64,000 nucleotides of DNA from Dictyostelium discoideum (Eukaryota), in NCBI GenBank assembly GCA_000004695.1, contig CM000150.2, positions 192,001 to 256,000 on the forward strand, given 5' to 3'. A program made the position numbers and the translations under genes. The notes under the pieces are model-generated. The model saw nothing but the letters and a program-made list of their open reading frames with translations, did not search any database and was not told the DNA's origin. Each line of letters starts with the position of its first letter. Position 1 is the first letter of the stretch. Of this stretch, positions 11,419 to 25,762 are shown piece after piece.

Positions 11419-12415
11419 TTAATTAGACATTGAGATAAATAAATTCATTAAACGAGGTAAGATATTACCAGACATTGGGAAATCTATTTTACCAGCAAAC
11501 AAAGCAATACATTGAGTTCTAGATTGAAGATCTTGAATGGTTTGTTTACGACCAGCAAATAAGGCACTACGATTAGTAAATTCGTCAAAGTTATTTAGTA
11601 AATGGTATTGTTTAACAATGATGTCAACGTATGCTTGAATGATAGAAGAGAAATTTCTAGTGATATGTGGTGAAAGGAAACGATAATCTTGTACCTTTGA
11701 ATCGATTTCTGATTCAGAGATTGGTAAGATTTCCAAATTTTCAATCTTTTGAATTGCCTCTTGATACTTTTCTTTGTTGTATAGGTCAAAGAAATCGCAA
11801 AGTTTCAATAATTGCTCAAAGGCTAAATAACTGGTTCTTGCTGTTGAGGTTGTTTTTAATCTACCTTGATAATCATTGAATAATTGCTTACCAAATTGAT
11901 ATAATTGATCTCTTTCACTTGAAATTGAGGTTAATAATACCGATATTCTACTATTATAAATCTCTAAAACTCTTGGATACTCTTCAATCATAATCCAAAA
12001 TTCAATTGCACTTTGATATTCATTCTTATTCTCTAATTCCAATGCTGATTGTTCTATAATAGTTCTCCATTGTTGTTTATTTATAAATTCCTATTAATAA
12101 GAAATAAAAAATAAAAAATAATTTTATTAGTAAGTCTATTTTTTTTTTTTTTTTTTTTTTTTTTCAAAAAAATTATCCACAATTTGGAATACTTACAGAA
12201 AATAAAGATAATTCATGAGCAAATTTAAAACCATTTGGAGATGATACTACAAGTTCAGAAATTTCTTGGATTTTAATATCATTATCAGCAATTAAAAGGT
12301 AATAGAAAAAAGCCTCTCTATTCTCTTCAAAGGAAAATATTTTTGTGTATTGTTTAATCATTTCTACCAAATGAATTGATTTGGAAGTTTGATCGTAAAT
12401 TTCTTTTTGTTGTTC

Positions 12416-12453
<38 letters not shown>

Positions 12454-13013
12454 GATTTTGTTGGTAAGTCATAGTGTTTGTATTGGTGGTGCTTTTATTG
12501 AATTTATTGATTTCATCAACATGTTTATTATTGATACCACTATTTGAGGTTCTCAAAAGTTTATAATAATCTAATGCGATTGCTAAATGTAAAGAATCAT
12601 CGGGACAAAATTGATAAAGACTAACGATTGCATCTTCAAATTGTAACGATACCAAAAGTAATTGAAATATTTCCAATGTTTCATAGTTATTTCTATTTTT
12701 TTCAATTGAATTTTTAATATCATTTTGTAAGGACTCTAACAATGAAATCGCTGAATCATTAGTTGGTTCAATGGTGATTCTTTCCCTTATGAAATTTAAT
12801 CTCCACCAAATATAATCTTGAATAGATGTGATCACTTGTTGTTTTGTTGAGTTTGGATCATTACAAGATAAAAGATTAAATACAGAGATCTTAAACACAT
12901 CTTTACTCTCTGTTTTAGCTGTATTAAATTCTCTAGTCATTCTATCTCTTTGGTCTTTATTTATTGATGTATTATTAGTAGTAGTTGGTAATGAAGATTT
13001 TTGTTGTTGTTGC

Positions 13014-13050
<37 letters not shown>

Positions 13051-14329
13051 GCTGCTGTTGTTTTTCTTTAAAGATTGGTGATAAAATATCGAAATAACGA
13101 GATCCACATTTTTCCAATGCAAATTGGTATGCCTCTAAGGTATAACCACTACGTAATAGATAGTAAATGATACACCAAATGGAACAACCTTCATAAATTT
13201 CATCAGAACTATCGGTTAATGGTGATTGATTCAATGACTTGATATATGCCACAATAATATTCAGTGGTAATGATACATTTGAATGTTTTGGTAAACGACT
13301 TTCAATTACTTGACTAAACTGAGTCTCTAAAAATGAAATAGATCTCTTTAATAATTGGGCCATAGTTGGTTTTGTGTGATATTTTGTATGTTTTTGAAGT
13401 TCTGTTAATTGTTGTTGTTTTTGTTGTTGTTCCTTTAATTGAGGTGTTTGTTGTTGTTGTTGTTGTTGTTGTTCTTTTAATTGTTGAATATAATTTGTTG
13501 TATCGATTTCACTTGTTAATGTTAATAATAAATTCCAAACATGGGTTACTATAGTAGTGGCAGTATTTGTATTAATTCCACCACCAATATTAATATCTGT
13601 TGAAAGACAGGCATCCATTAATCTATGAACCAATGGGAAACCATAAGATTTTGATTGATCTGCCATGTGAATATCATACTCTTCAATTATACTTGCATAC
13701 TTTTTCATTTTATCTGATAATTTAGTTCTATCTTCATTCTGACCAGTTTGTCTTTGAGAATATATACCACCACCACTACCACCACCAACTCTACTTATAT
13801 TACCACCAATTGAGATTGTTGATGAACCACCAAATTGAGATTGTTGACCATAAGTAGGACGAACACTTTGACCCATAATACTTGAAGATAATCCACCACG
13901 AACGCTTTGTTGAAATAATGATGATGATGATGATGATTGATTACTAGCGCTAGCACCACCAACACTTGGTAAAACTTTAATATGTTTTTGACCTAAAATC
14001 TCCTCTAAATATTTTTTATCTCTATTCCAATCATGAATTGATGTTTGTTCATAATGGGATTGAAACTCTTTTGATGTCTTTTTTTGAATGTCACAAATTG
14101 TATTCAAAATGATATTCTCAAATTGAACCTTTAAATAACCATCAATATCTGTTGGTACTGATTGAACATCTGTGAATGATGATGTATTGATATTAGATAA
14201 ATTCTTTGCTAAAACTTTTGGATCTAATCCATATTTTCTATTAATTTTACTATTTAAATAAAAAATAAAAGGTAAATGAGAAAATTTAAAAAATAAATAA
14301 AATTTTAAGTTATTATTATTATTATTATT

Positions 14330-14362
<33 letters not shown>

Positions 14363-14582
14363 CTTACGAATCTTGAAATACATTTGGTTCCAATGGATTT
14401 GAAAATGGAGTTTTTGATGAAGTTAAATCATTCAATTGTTTTGATGTATCACCAATCTCTTGTAGATTTCTTTCAATGTTGAATGATGATAACCCAATTG
14501 GACTTGAAAATGATGATATTCTATTGATTATTTGATTGGATTTATTTGATAAATCATTAAAATCCATTTCCTTTACATTCAT
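11419..14582 (-). CDS. nup93: Nucleoporin Nup93/Nic96: exons 14368-14582, 12197-14249, 11419-12090
   Basis: Introns 14250-14367 (GTAAGT...TAG) and 12091-12196 (GTAAGT...TAG) are in phase, and the total is a multiple of 3. Remembered conserved Nic96 blocks match: SIWCIIYYLLRSGYTLEAYQ against yeast IWALIFYLLRAGLIKEALQ, HLAIALDYYKLL against HLAIGLASLKLF, and the C-terminus TQCIALFAGKIDFPMSGNILPRLMNLFISM against ARQCMIYAGMIQYRMPRETYSTLINIDVSL. PolyQ insertions are present. Confidence 0.85.
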
Positions 14583-14836
14583 TTTTTTTTCCCTCCTTTT
14601 TTATTTATTTATCATAAATGTTGGGTTAATAGTTGAACAACACTTTCCAAAAAAAAAAAAAAAAAAAAAAAAAAATTAAAAAATAAAAAAATAAAAAAAT
14701 ATGAAAAATTCAAAAAAAAAAAAAATAAACAAAAATAAAAATAAAAAAAAACGAATTTTTTTTTATTTTTTTTTAATTTTGAATTTTTCATATTTTTTTT
14801 TTATTTTTTAATTTTTAATTTAAACAAACAAATAAA

Positions 14837-15171
14837 ATGAACGGTGGAGCACCAACAAAGATTGCAAATTTTCTTCATAAATCAATTGTTTCAGTATTAG
14901 CACTCACATCATTAGGCTGTGGTGTTTTTGTTATCAGTGCAACTGCTGATTTATTGGAAAGAAGAAAAGTATGTATACTTTACTTTTTTTTTTTTTTTAT
15001 TATTTCTATTCATTTTTATTTATTATATATATTTAAAATTATTAACCTCTATCAATTCAATAGAAAAGAAGGGAAGAAGAAGATAGAATTATAAATGAAT
15101 TTATTGAAAATGATAAAAAAAGAATTTTAGAAGAAAATTTAAGACAACAACAACAGCAACAACAAAAATAA
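14837..15171 (+). CDS. Small single-pass membrane protein (about 79 aa): exons 14837-14968 and 15064-15171
   Basis: MNGGAPTKIANFLHKSIVSVLALTSLGCGVFVISATADLLERRK, then after a GTATGT...caatag intron at 14969-15063, KRREEEDRIINEFIENDKKRILEENLRQQQQQQQK. The join is phase 0. There is one predicted TM helix and a charged C-terminal tail. No family was recognised. Confidence 0.45.
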
Positions 15172-15267
15172 AATATTATTGGAAGAATATTTATTATAAA
15201 ATGTGTAAATAAATGGCTTTGGTATGATTTATTTCATTCCCACCAAATATCTAACTTCTATGTATAG

Positions 15268-15304
<37 letters not shown>

Positions 15305-16099
15305 TGTAATTCAAAATAGGATATATCTATTTTAAGAAAAAAAAAAAACATTTAATTTTTTATTTAAATCTATTCAAGCGTTTTCCAACTTTTTTTTTTT
15401 TTTTTTTTTTGTGAGTTTTTTGTTTTTTGTTTTTTTTTTATTTTTATTATTTCCCATTTTTCAACGTTACACATTTCCAACATTACACTCACACAAAAAA
15501 AAAAGATAAAAAGAAATGCACACAAAAAAAAAAAATAAAAATAAAATAAAAAAGAAATATCAACATTACACTCACTCAAAAAGATAAAAAATCACCTGAT
15601 TGCTTTATTTTGTAACACTTCTTAACACAACCATCTTTTTATCTCTACATAAATCAACTTTTTCACAACATTTTGATATTATGGAGACAAACTTGGAACG
15701 TCAACATCAACATCCAGTGTGTCAGTATTTTAATTTTTATGCATCCAAATCACTTACTTTGGGGAATCCATTGATTTCACACTCAGACAGCACAAGAAGA
15801 ATAGACATACACTGTTTATCAAATTCAATAGAAGTCTCTTTAAATTAATCAATTTGAAGATGATGATATTGAAAAGGATAAGGATATTTCAATTGCACCA
15901 TCAACATCAGAGTTAATATTTAAATTACCCGAAAATTAAAAATTAAATTGAAATAAAAGAAAAATAATAATCTATTTTTAGAAAAAAAAAAAAAAAAAAA
16001 ACAAAAAACAAAAAAAAAAAAAAAAAAAAAAAACAAAACCAATTTTTTTTTTTTTTTATTTTTACTTTTTTCAAAACACAATTAAGAATTTCAAATAAT

Positions 16100-16200
16100 A
16101 TGTCTGCAGACTCTAAAAATCAAAAGAAAGTTCTTTTTGTTTGCTTAGGAAATGTAATAATTTTAATACATTTTTGTTTTCTAAACCATTTCTAATTTTT

Positions 16201-16232
<32 letters not shown>

Positions 16233-16442
16233 TTTGTCGTTCCACTATGGCAGAGATTGTGCTCAGAGGACTTGTCCATTCAAGAGGAATTTTAGATGAT
16301 TTTCAAATTGATAGTGCAGGTACTTCTTCTTATCATATTGGAGATACTCCTGACCCAAGAACAGGTGAGTGTTCAAAAGATTTTATTAAAAAAAAAAATA
16401 AAAAATAAAAAAAGTAGAAATAAAAATGGGTAAATGGTCTAA

Positions 16443-16477
<35 letters not shown>

Positions 16478-16842
16478 AATTATATAAAGTTCAATCATGT
16501 AATCAAAATATGGGCAGGGCAATATCAGAGGAATCATTGAAACACTTTAAATCGATTCCTTTACATAGAGCAAGACAATTTACAGATGAAGATTTTAGTA
16601 AATTTGATTATATCTTTGCAATGGATGAATCCAATTTATCAAACATTAAAAAAGTGTTGAAACACTCCACCACAAAGGATAATCATATTGCAACCATTAA
16701 AAGATTAGGTGAATATCACACACATAAAAAAATTAATGTAGAAGATCCTTACTATGGTGATATGTCAAATTTTAATATTTGTTTCAATCATGTTCACGAT
16801 TGTTTGGTAAATTTTTTGAAAGAAATAGAATCTTTAAATTAA
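16100..16842 (+). CDS. Low-molecular-weight phosphotyrosine protein phosphatase (LMW-PTP/ACP1 family): exons 16100-16153, 16232-16364, 16490-16842
   Basis: P-loop signature VLFVCLGNICRST and the DPYYG motif. The splice-junction residues RTVQSCNQNMG align with human ACP1 RGQSCMKRHG. Introns are 16154-16231 (GTAATA) and 16365-16489 (GTGAGT). Total coding length is 540 nt, 179 aa. Confidence 0.85.
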
Positions 16843-16944
16843 TTATTGGATTCTATTTTTTTGTAATAAAATTATTATTATTATTATTTTTTGTATAAAA
16901 TTATTATTGTCTTTTTTTTTATTTTTTTTTATTTTGTTTTTTTT

Positions 16945-17681
16945 TTAATGTTTTGGTGGTTTATAACCATCAACTGTCATATTTCTTGATGCACTTGGTA
17001 ATGTTACCTCCATACCTTCTAATTCTTTAGTTAGTTTAATTTGACAACCTAATCTAGAGCTTTATTTTTATTATTATTTTTATTTTATAATGTTAACATG
17101 TGTTTTGAAATTAATTAATTTATCATTAGTTTTTATTATTTTTTTTTTATTATTTTATTTTTATATATATTTTTTTTTAAACATACTTTTCTTTGAGTTG
17201 AAAAGCTAAATCCAACATATCATTCTCTTCATCAGTTGGTTCAGGTAAAATATTATAAATTTTTGGTTCTAAATAAACGTGACATGTTGAACATGCACAT
17301 GAACATTCACAAGCTCCTTCTAAATCAACATCATTGTCATGTGCTGCTTCCAATATATTTTTACCAACTTCTTCTGTAACTTTGGTTTTTGATCCATCTT
17401 TATTTATAAATGTAAATGTAACTCTTTATATTTTTATTATTATTATTATTATTATTATTTTTTTTTTTTTTCAATTATAATTTAAAATATTAAAAATTAG
17501 TAAACGATAAAGAAATTCTTTATCAAATGATTACCAACCATTGGTAGACATACTTATTATCATTGCTACTTGATGAAAATTGTCTATATATTATTCCATT
17601 TGAAAATTTATTTTTATTGTTTGTAATTTTGTTGAATCTTTTTATGTTATTAAAACATACTTGTTTAAAAATTTGGTTCAT
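16945..17681 (-). CDS. Mitochondrial adrenodoxin-type [2Fe-2S] ferredoxin (Yah1/FDX2-like): exons 17554-17681, 17187-17423, 16945-17059
   Basis: Exon 1 is a presequence-like [42 protein letters not shown]. Exon 2 is [53 protein letters not shown]...[11 protein letters not shown], and exon 3 is [38 protein letters not shown]. It has the classic C-x5-C-x2-C...C cluster and the RLGCQI motif. Introns have GTATGT donors and are phase-consistent, and the total is 480 nt. Confidence 0.85.
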
Positions 17682-17930
17682 TGTGTTGTTAAAAATAAAT
17701 AAAATATAAAAGATAAAAAAAAAAAAACTGAAAAAAAAAAAAAAAAAAAAAAAAAATGAAAAATGAAAAATGAAAAAGAATCTTCGGTCAAAACAACTAA
17801 TTAATTTGTATTCGTTTTTGAAAATATCAAAAAAAAAAAAAAAAAAAAAAAAACAAAAAAAAAAATATTTACTCCTTTCGTTGTTTTTTCAAATAAAAAC
17901 ACTCATTTCCAAATCTATATTAAAAAAATG

Positions 17931-17972
<42 letters not shown>

Positions 17973-18205
17973 TTTTTGGCATTAAATAAAAATTAAATAA
18001 TATACCTATTCATTGAAATTATTTGATTTATCTTTAAAATGTTTCAGGGCAACACTATTGATAGAATTAACCAATATTAAGAAAGAAAAATTAGTGGAAA
18101 TAGATGGTGATAAACGTTTTAAATATCTTGAAAACTAAAAAATAAATTAAAAATCCAACACTTTTCGTAAGAAAATAGGGGATTAAAAAAAAAAAAAAAA
18201 AAAAA

Positions 18206-18243
<38 letters not shown>

Positions 18244-18355
18244 TTTCATATTTTTTTTAGTTTCTAATAAATTTTATTATAATTAAAATTTTTTTTTTTT
18301 TATTTCTTTTATTTTTTTCATTTTCCCAAATTATTAATAGGTTTATTAATTTAAA

Positions 18356-19190
18356 ATGAAGATATATGAAAATGATAAAGGAAACATAACGATTGAATGG
18401 GATATAATGATAAAAGAAATGTTTGATTTTATTGGGTTGTATGACCATGAAACCAAAGTGATAAATGATTATATTGGATATTGGAATATTGGAGGATATC
18501 AAGGTAATGGAATCAAAGATACAGGTATAGTTTGCGATAGGAATTGTAGTTATTATTTAAAATATTGGAGAGCAGTCGAAACGAATTCAATCAAGAGCAC
18601 AACACCATCAATTTTCAGTTCACCATCAAACTATCAGTTGATTGAAATCGCTACACTCAAAGGTAATCCATCAATTAGTATATCAGGTGAACCTGGTGAA
18701 CCATTATTGGTTAAATGGTCACACTCTAATTGTAGTAATGCAAATAATTTCATTGGTATTCACAATAGTACAAATTCATTACCTCATAATGCTAATAGAT
18801 ATTTAGATTGGTGTTATGCTAATAAGTTCAATGGCCAATTCAAATCCAAATTAATAAATAGAGGTTTACCTTATTATGCAGTTTTATGGGCAAAAGTAAA
18901 AGGTAATCAAAAGTTCATTCCATTATCAATATCTTCAAAATTAGGTCCTTCTCCAAAAAGATTATCAATCGTTGAAGCTTATAATACAAATGAAGATCAT
19001 GCTCCGTTATCAAACTCCATCAATTTAAATATTCGTTGGCATAATTACCATTATTATCATATTCATGATTATGTTTTTTTATCAATAAATAAAAACATTC
19101 ATATCAATTCAAATGATAATAATTCAAATAATAATAATTCAAATAATAATAATTCAAATGATAATAATTCAAATGATAATAACTCAAATG

Positions 19191-19270
<80 letters not shown>

Positions 19271-20554
19271 CAAATTGAAAATAAAGCACTCTCTTATTTA
19301 ACTGGTGAATCATTTCTTATTAAAAATTATTCAAATGGAGTTTGCGAAACTTCTTATCAATTAAAAGGTTTGGATGAGAGTGAGGATTTTGTTGCAAATT
19401 ATTGCAGTTATAGTTATGAAGAAAAAAAATTTACATTAATCGAGCAAAGGATGTTTAAAGGTAAACTTTTATTTATTATTATTATTTATTATTTATTATT
19501 ATTTATTATTATTTATTATTTTAAAATAAATAAATAATAAAATATAAAAAAAATAATTACTAATTTTATTAAACATTTTCTGAAAATATATTGAAAAAAA
19601 AAAAAAAAAAAAAAAAAAGAATTTTCAAATTGGATGTCAATTCATTGGGAAAAGATAAAAAATAAAATGGTAAGGGAATTAGTTATACCAGGAAGTCATG
19701 ATGCAACAACCTATGGAATTAATTCATCATCTAAAAGATCACCAGATTATAAAAGCCCAAATTTTACACCAGATTTAATAATTTCAAAATGGTCAAAAAC
19801 TCAAAGTGCAACCATTTATAAACAATTACTATTTGGTGTTAGATATTTCGATTTAAGAGTAGCACCATATCCAACAACTGGTGAATTATGGACAATACAT
19901 AATATGTTTTCAGTACCAATCTCTGAAGTTTTGGATGACATTGAAAGATTTATGAAAAATGGACCAAAAAGAGAGATTTTAATATTACATTGGAACCATT
20001 TGGATTATCTCTCCAATGAACAACATGTCCAACTACAAACTATGATAAAACAAAAACTTTCTCCATTTATGGCTCCAAGATCATTTGGTAATGATGTAAC
20101 CGTACAACAACTAGAACTTACTCCAATAATAAATGTTTATGATGATGGTTTCAGGAAATTGGCAGAAGAATCACAACCTGCAAAAAATGACACCATAGAG
20201 TTTGAAACATTCTTTTGGTATTTTCATCAATCATTACGTTCAAGTTATGAGACTAAAGAGTATCACACTTCAAAAACTGTCATTAAATTCCTTGAAAGAG
20301 AGATTGAAAAAAATCATTCAACATTTTGGGTTCTACAATGTATCCTAACAGTAAATTCTCAATTAAACTTTAATAATGTCCTTAAAATAGCAAAGGATTC
20401 TTTGTTTAGCTGGAATAATTCTGAAATTCCAACCTTTTTAAACTTTTTGGATAAATTGGAAAGAAATCAAACAAAGTGTAATATTATAATGACTGATTTT
20501 TGTACTTTTATGGATGTAACACAATATGCAATTAGAAGAAATATTTCTTCATAA
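18356..20554 (+). CDS. PI-PLC X-domain-containing protein (PLC-like phosphodiesterase): exons 18356-19460 and 19620-20554
   Basis: Exon 2 carries the X-box start NWMSIHWEKIKNKMVRELVIPGSHDATTYG (IPGSHD motif). The intron 19461-19619 (GTAAAC...AG) runs through (TTATT)n and is phase 1. Exon 1 is a 368-aa Cys/N-rich region with a polyN/(SNDNN)n tract. The total is 2040 nt. Confidence 0.7.
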
Positions 20555-20711
20555 AAAAAAAAAAAAAATACTAAATATATGTTTAAAATTTGTAAATAAA
20601 CTATGGTTTTTTTTTTTTTTTTTTTTTTTTTGCAATATCAAATTATTGTTATTTTATTGTATAATTATTATTTTTGAAAATTAAAAAAAATTAAAAGTAA
20701 GATTGTATATT

Positions 20712-22898
20712 TTATTTTGATGTATTAAAAACTCTTTTACCAGATCTTGGATCCACTGTCATACCATAATTTAATCTTTCTCCATGAGTTACAGTTGTAC
20801 TTGATGAAGCAGAAGGAGAGCATTTCATACAATAGTCTTTTTGGTCAAGACGAACAAATTGAGTACCAGTGATTTGACTTTTACATTTGAAACAATTGAC
20901 ACTTGATGAAGATGAGGATGAGGATGTATGTTTTTCATTATCATAACAAGATTTATGATATACTTTACCAGCAACTTTTAAAATTGAGCCCTCAATGATT
21001 GGTTTACTACATTTGGCACAATGATCAGTTGTTGTTGATTGTTGAATTTTAATTGAACATTTTTGACAATATGGTTTTTTATCATGAGGAAAGTATCCAG
21101 TGAGTAAAGGGGCATTACAAGATTTATCTGTACATTTGAAGCAACCTTTATGATAGAATGAATCGAAAATTTTAGCCACTTCTCCATTCAATGGTTTAAC
21201 ACATACAACACAACGATCACTATCAAGCCATCCAGAAGTAATGAATGGTGAACCACCTTGTTTTGGTTGTTTTTGATTTCCACTTGTGTATTGATTCAAT
21301 TGACTTGCACAAGGATTACAAAATGGTTCATTATCAACCTCTGTGAAATCTTCTTTCAAGTTTTTACTACAAGAATAACATTTTAAACAATTTGGATGAT
21401 ATGGTCTGTCTAATGCTTCAACTGATGAACCTGAAATTGGTTTTTTACAATCATGACAATTCTTTGATGATTTGTTATTATTGCTTGAACATGGACCACA
21501 TAATGGATTACCTGTAGTTGGTGATTTTTTGATTTGATCATTTTGATTTAAATTCTTATTACAACTATCACATTTGAAACATTGAGGATGAAAATTTTTA
21601 TCCATTACACTGATGGCACTACCAACCAACTCTCCATTACATTTACCACAAGTTCCATCTTTTTCATGAGGAGTACAATATTTATCTCTATCATCACCAT
21701 ACTTTTTAGTTTTATTGTCAACTGGTTTATCACACATTTTACATGAGTCTGATTTCTTTTTTGCTAATGGAGAATTAGAGTTGGTGGTGGTGGTGGTGGT
21801 AGTTGGTTTATTATGATTATGATGGTGATGATCATGACCATCTTTATCCATGACTTGCTTTGGTTTATTTCTATCTTTTGCACAAGGTTCACAATATTTT
21901 GAAATACCCTCTTCATAATATCCATCTTCTAAACTTTTACCACAAGATTTACAAGAACAAGAATCACAAACCTTTTTTCCATCTTTTACTTGGAAATTAC
22001 CAATTAATGGGTCATGACATAAATCACAGATACAACTTGTACAATATTTCTTTTCTTTATCATTTTCATCTGGTACATAACCTTTTTCTAAAGAACCAAA
22101 ACAACCTGAACATTTATTGTTGTTGTTGTTGTTGGATTTGTTTTTTCCTCCTGATGAATTATTTGACCCTCCTAAATTTGTTGCACCCAACATACAATTT
22201 TCACACCAAAAATTGTTTGATTCTTGGTAGAATTTCTTTTTTGGATCCAATTTACAACTACAAGAACAACAAACTGCACAAGAAGTATGGAATTGTTGAG
22301 TCATTGTTGTCAAGTAATCATTATTTGTGATGGCTTTTTTACAAGCAGAACAATTCATACCTTGGAATTTTAACAAATCTAATTGTGGACCTTTATAAGT
22401 TTGTGATGCTCTTGCTGCTCTACCTAACCAATATAGTGTAATTGCGATCTATTTTCATTTTTTTTTTTTTTTTTAAGATTTTTTTTTTTAGTGAATGTTT
22501 TTTTTTTTTTTTTTTTTTTTTTTTTTCAAACATAGTTTTCCAATTTTCATAAAATAAAATTTCTTTATAATTACATTTCTAATTCTTATACTTTCAAATA
22601 AATCTTGAGATTCAAATAATTGAGTATCACGTAAACCCATTGAATGTTTGGCTGATTTAATAAATAATTGGATATTTTCTCTCTTTGCAAAGTCAGTTGA
22701 TGGAGATTGGTTATATTTTGGAACAGAATTTGGTTGGATTTGATTTATTAATTTACATAAAAAGATACCATCTCTTAAAGAACTTTGAAAGTCTGATGGA
22801 AACTTTTGATTGATTACTCTCTCTATCCAATCTCTGGATTCATCTAAAGCCAATTCCAAATTAAATGCTGAAGTTGATGTCCAATTTGCTTTTATCAT
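20712..22898 (-). CDS. CH-LIM protein (N-terminal calponin-homology domain followed by multiple LIM zinc fingers; ChLim-like): exons 22592-22898 and 20712-22390
   Basis: Exon 1 is a CH domain: WIERVINQKFPSDFQSSLRDGIFLCKLINQIQPNSVPKY...TQLFESQDLFE. The intron 22391-22591 (GTATAAG...TATAAAG) joins in phase to an exon full of C-x2-C-x16-20-H-x2-C-x2-C-x2-C LIM units, from CSACKKAITNND to C-terminal Cys pairs. The track start at 22376 is a TTG, not an ATG. Confidence 0.7.
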
Positions 22899-23250
22899 AT
22901 TTTTTATTAATTAAGTAATAAATTTAAAAAAAAAAAAAAAAAAAAAAATAGTGATTTTGAAAATAAAAATAAAATAAAAAAAAAAAAAAAAAGAATAGAA
23001 AATTGATTTAAAAAAAAAATGGTGGTTTAAAAATAAAATTAAAAATTAAAAAAATAAAAATAAAAAAAAAATTATTTTTAGTTTCAAAAATTTTCTTTGA
23101 AAAAAAGTGGCTTTTATTAAAAAAAAAAAAAAAAAAGAAGAGAAAATTGATGAAAAAAAAAAAAAAAGAAAAAAAAAAGGGTTTGGAAAATAAAAATAAT
23201 AAAAATTAAAAAAATAAAAGGGTTTATTTATATTATATATATATATTATT

Positions 23251-23441
23251 CTATTTATCATTTGTTGAATCTACTTTTATATTAGTTTGATTATTTTGCT
23301 TTTTGGATTCAACTGGAATTTCAATTTGTTGGTTCTTGTCATTTTCCAAAATTTGTTTTCTCACTTCAATAATATTTTGTTGTTCATTTTTTGATAATTG
23401 ATTGTTTTCGTTAATACGAATATTATTATTATTATTATTAA

Positions 23442-23487
<46 letters not shown>

Positions 23488-25568
23488 TTTTGGATCATCA
23501 ATAGGTATAAAATTAAATTGTGGTTGAGTTAAAATGGTTGGTTTAAAAACTTTTTGCTTTTTAAAATCTTCATCACGTTTTTTTTTTAATTCTTCTCTTT
23601 CTTTAATAAGTTGTTCTCTATTTTTTTTATTGGCTAAGGATTTGCTTGCAATGATATCTTTGATTTCATCCAAAGATAAAGTTTCATATTCCAAAAGTGC
23701 ATTTGCAATTAAATGATGTTCTTTAGAGTATTTCTTTAAGAGTTGAGTAGCTCTGATATAACTAGAGTCTAAAAGGGATTTAACTTCAGAATCAACCAAT
23801 TCTCTTTGAGCTGAACTAAGTTTCTTTTCGGATTGAATATAAATTTGACCAACTTTTTCAGACATACCATAATTTGAAACCATTGCTTTTGCGATAGAGG
23901 TAGCCTTTTGAATATCACTACTTGCGCCTTGAGAAATATTTTCCTTGCCAAGAATGAGTTCTTCAGCGGCTCTACCACCCATTGCAACATCCATTTGAGC
24001 GATCAATTGTTTCTTTGTAACAAAGGTTTCCTCTTTTTCCAACATACTAACCAAACCTAAAGCATCACCTCTTGGCATGATGGTTGCTTTATGAACGGTT
24101 CTAGCACCAGGTGTCATTATAGCAACCAAAGCATGACCAGCTTCATGGAATGCACAAATCTTTCTTGCTTCATCACTCATCAATAGACTATGTCTTTCTT
24201 TACCCATCATCAAGTTCTCCTTTGCGTTCTCCAATTGTTCCATGGTGATTTCTGGTAGGTTATGTTTGGTTGTCTCCAAAGCGGCCCAATTGACAAGATT
24301 AAAAAGATCGGCACCACTAAAACCTGGTGTACTTTGGGCGATAGTAGTTGTATTTACATGTGAAGCAATTGGTTTATCCTTGAGGTAATGATCAATGATT
24401 GATTTTCTTGCCTTTCCATCTGGTAATGGTACTTGAATGATACGATCGAATCTACCTGAACGAATTAAAGCGGTATCCAAAGAATCTTGATAGTTGGTAG
24501 CAGCCATAACCATAACACCCTCTCTACCATCGAAACCATCCAACTCTACCAACAATTGATTTAAAGCTTCAGATGGATGATAATTTACACGCTTTGTACG
24601 ACTTCCACCAACGGAATCAATTTCATCAATGAATACGATACATGGTGAATTCTTTCTTGCGGCCTCAAAGAGTTCACGTACACGTTTTGCACCAACACCA
24701 ACAAATGCCTCTTCAAACTCTGAACCATTGATGGTGATAAATGAAACACGTGCTTCTCCTGCCAATGATTTGGCTAACAAAGTTTTACCTGTACCTGGTG
24801 GTCCAACCAATAATATACCCTTTGGCATAACTATATTACGTCTATAATATTTCTCTGGATTACGTAAGAAATCTACCAAATCTTGTAATTCTCCCTTTGC
24901 CTCTTCAGCTCCCATAACATCAGCAAATGTTGTATTTGGTCTCTCCACCAAGGTTTTGAATGGTTTACTTGTTAAAATTGACATTATTCCTCCCTTATCC
25001 TTACCTTTACTTGAATAAAAATAATATATAATAGCTCCAGCAACCAATATAAATAAAAGTACTTTAAATTTTGATTGAACAACTTGTACTTTTATTGGTT
25101 GTCCTACATTTAAATTATTATTATTTAATTGATCTTGATTATTTAATTTATCTGTTCCTGAAAATATCTATTTAGAAAAGTAAATAATAATAAATAATAA
25201 TAAATAATAATAATAATAATAAATAATAATAAATAATAATAATAAATAATAAATAATAATAATAAAAATAATTAGTGAAAAATAATAAAAATTTGATTTA
25301 TTATTAAATTACATACAGAAGTTGCTCTTTTTCTAAATGAAAGTAATGGTTTTGTTGTTGAAAATTCTCTGTTTAATGATAAAATATTTTCATTTCTTTT
25401 AAAAAGTGATGTGCTGAAAATATCATTGTGAGGGGTATTGCTAATTTTATTTAAGTTTTTTGCGCCATTAAATTGATTGTTTTGAGTAAATTTTTGAGAA
25501 ATATTACTAGCATAATATTTCGTTGTATTATTATTAAAAATACGAATAGGTAATCTATTCATTTCCAA
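23251..25568 (-). CDS. FtsH/YME1-type AAA+ zinc metalloprotease (mitochondrial i-AAA protease homologue): exons 25317-25568 and 23251-25167
   Basis: Walker A GPPGTGKT, Walker B IVFIDEID, the second region of homology, and the HEAGHA zinc-binding motif. The single TM segment is LFILVAGAIIYYFY. Exon 1 is an N/S-rich presequence ending at a GTATGT donor. The intron 25168-25316 ends in ...aaatag, and the join is phase 0. The C-terminus is polyN-rich. Confidence 0.85.
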
Positions 25569-25762
25569 TCAATATTTCTTTGGTGTGTGGTGTGGTTGTT
25601 GAAAATTTATAAAATAAAAAAAAAAAAATAAAAAAAAAAATAAAAAAATATAAAAAAAAAAAAAAAAAAATAAATGAAAATTTTTAATTTCCAACAACTC
25701 ATATTTATGTGTTTAAAAAAATAAAATAAAATAAAAAATAAAAATTTAAAAAAACCATTGCA

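Noticed and set aside
12828-13554. Plus-strand ORFs with polyC or polyV (12828-13097, 13366-13554), antisense to nup93
   Set aside because: They are antisense readings of the (CAA)n/(GTT)n polyQ-encoding tracts of the Nup93 gene.
18050-18140. Short reading frame after a ttcag acceptor (MFQGNTIDRINQY*)
   Set aside because: It is too short and isolated, and no upstream exon could be connected in phase.
19104-19313. ORFs 19104-19313 (minus) and 19113-19301 (plus), polyY and polyI
   Set aside because: They are alternative or antisense frames of the (AAT)n and (SNDNN)n tracts inside exon 1 of the PLC-X gene.
20712-22376. Treating the 554-aa LIM ORF as starting at 22376
   Set aside because: The codon at 22374-22376 is TTG. 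The exon instead begins at an acceptor at 22390 and is spliced to the CH-domain exon at 22592-22898.
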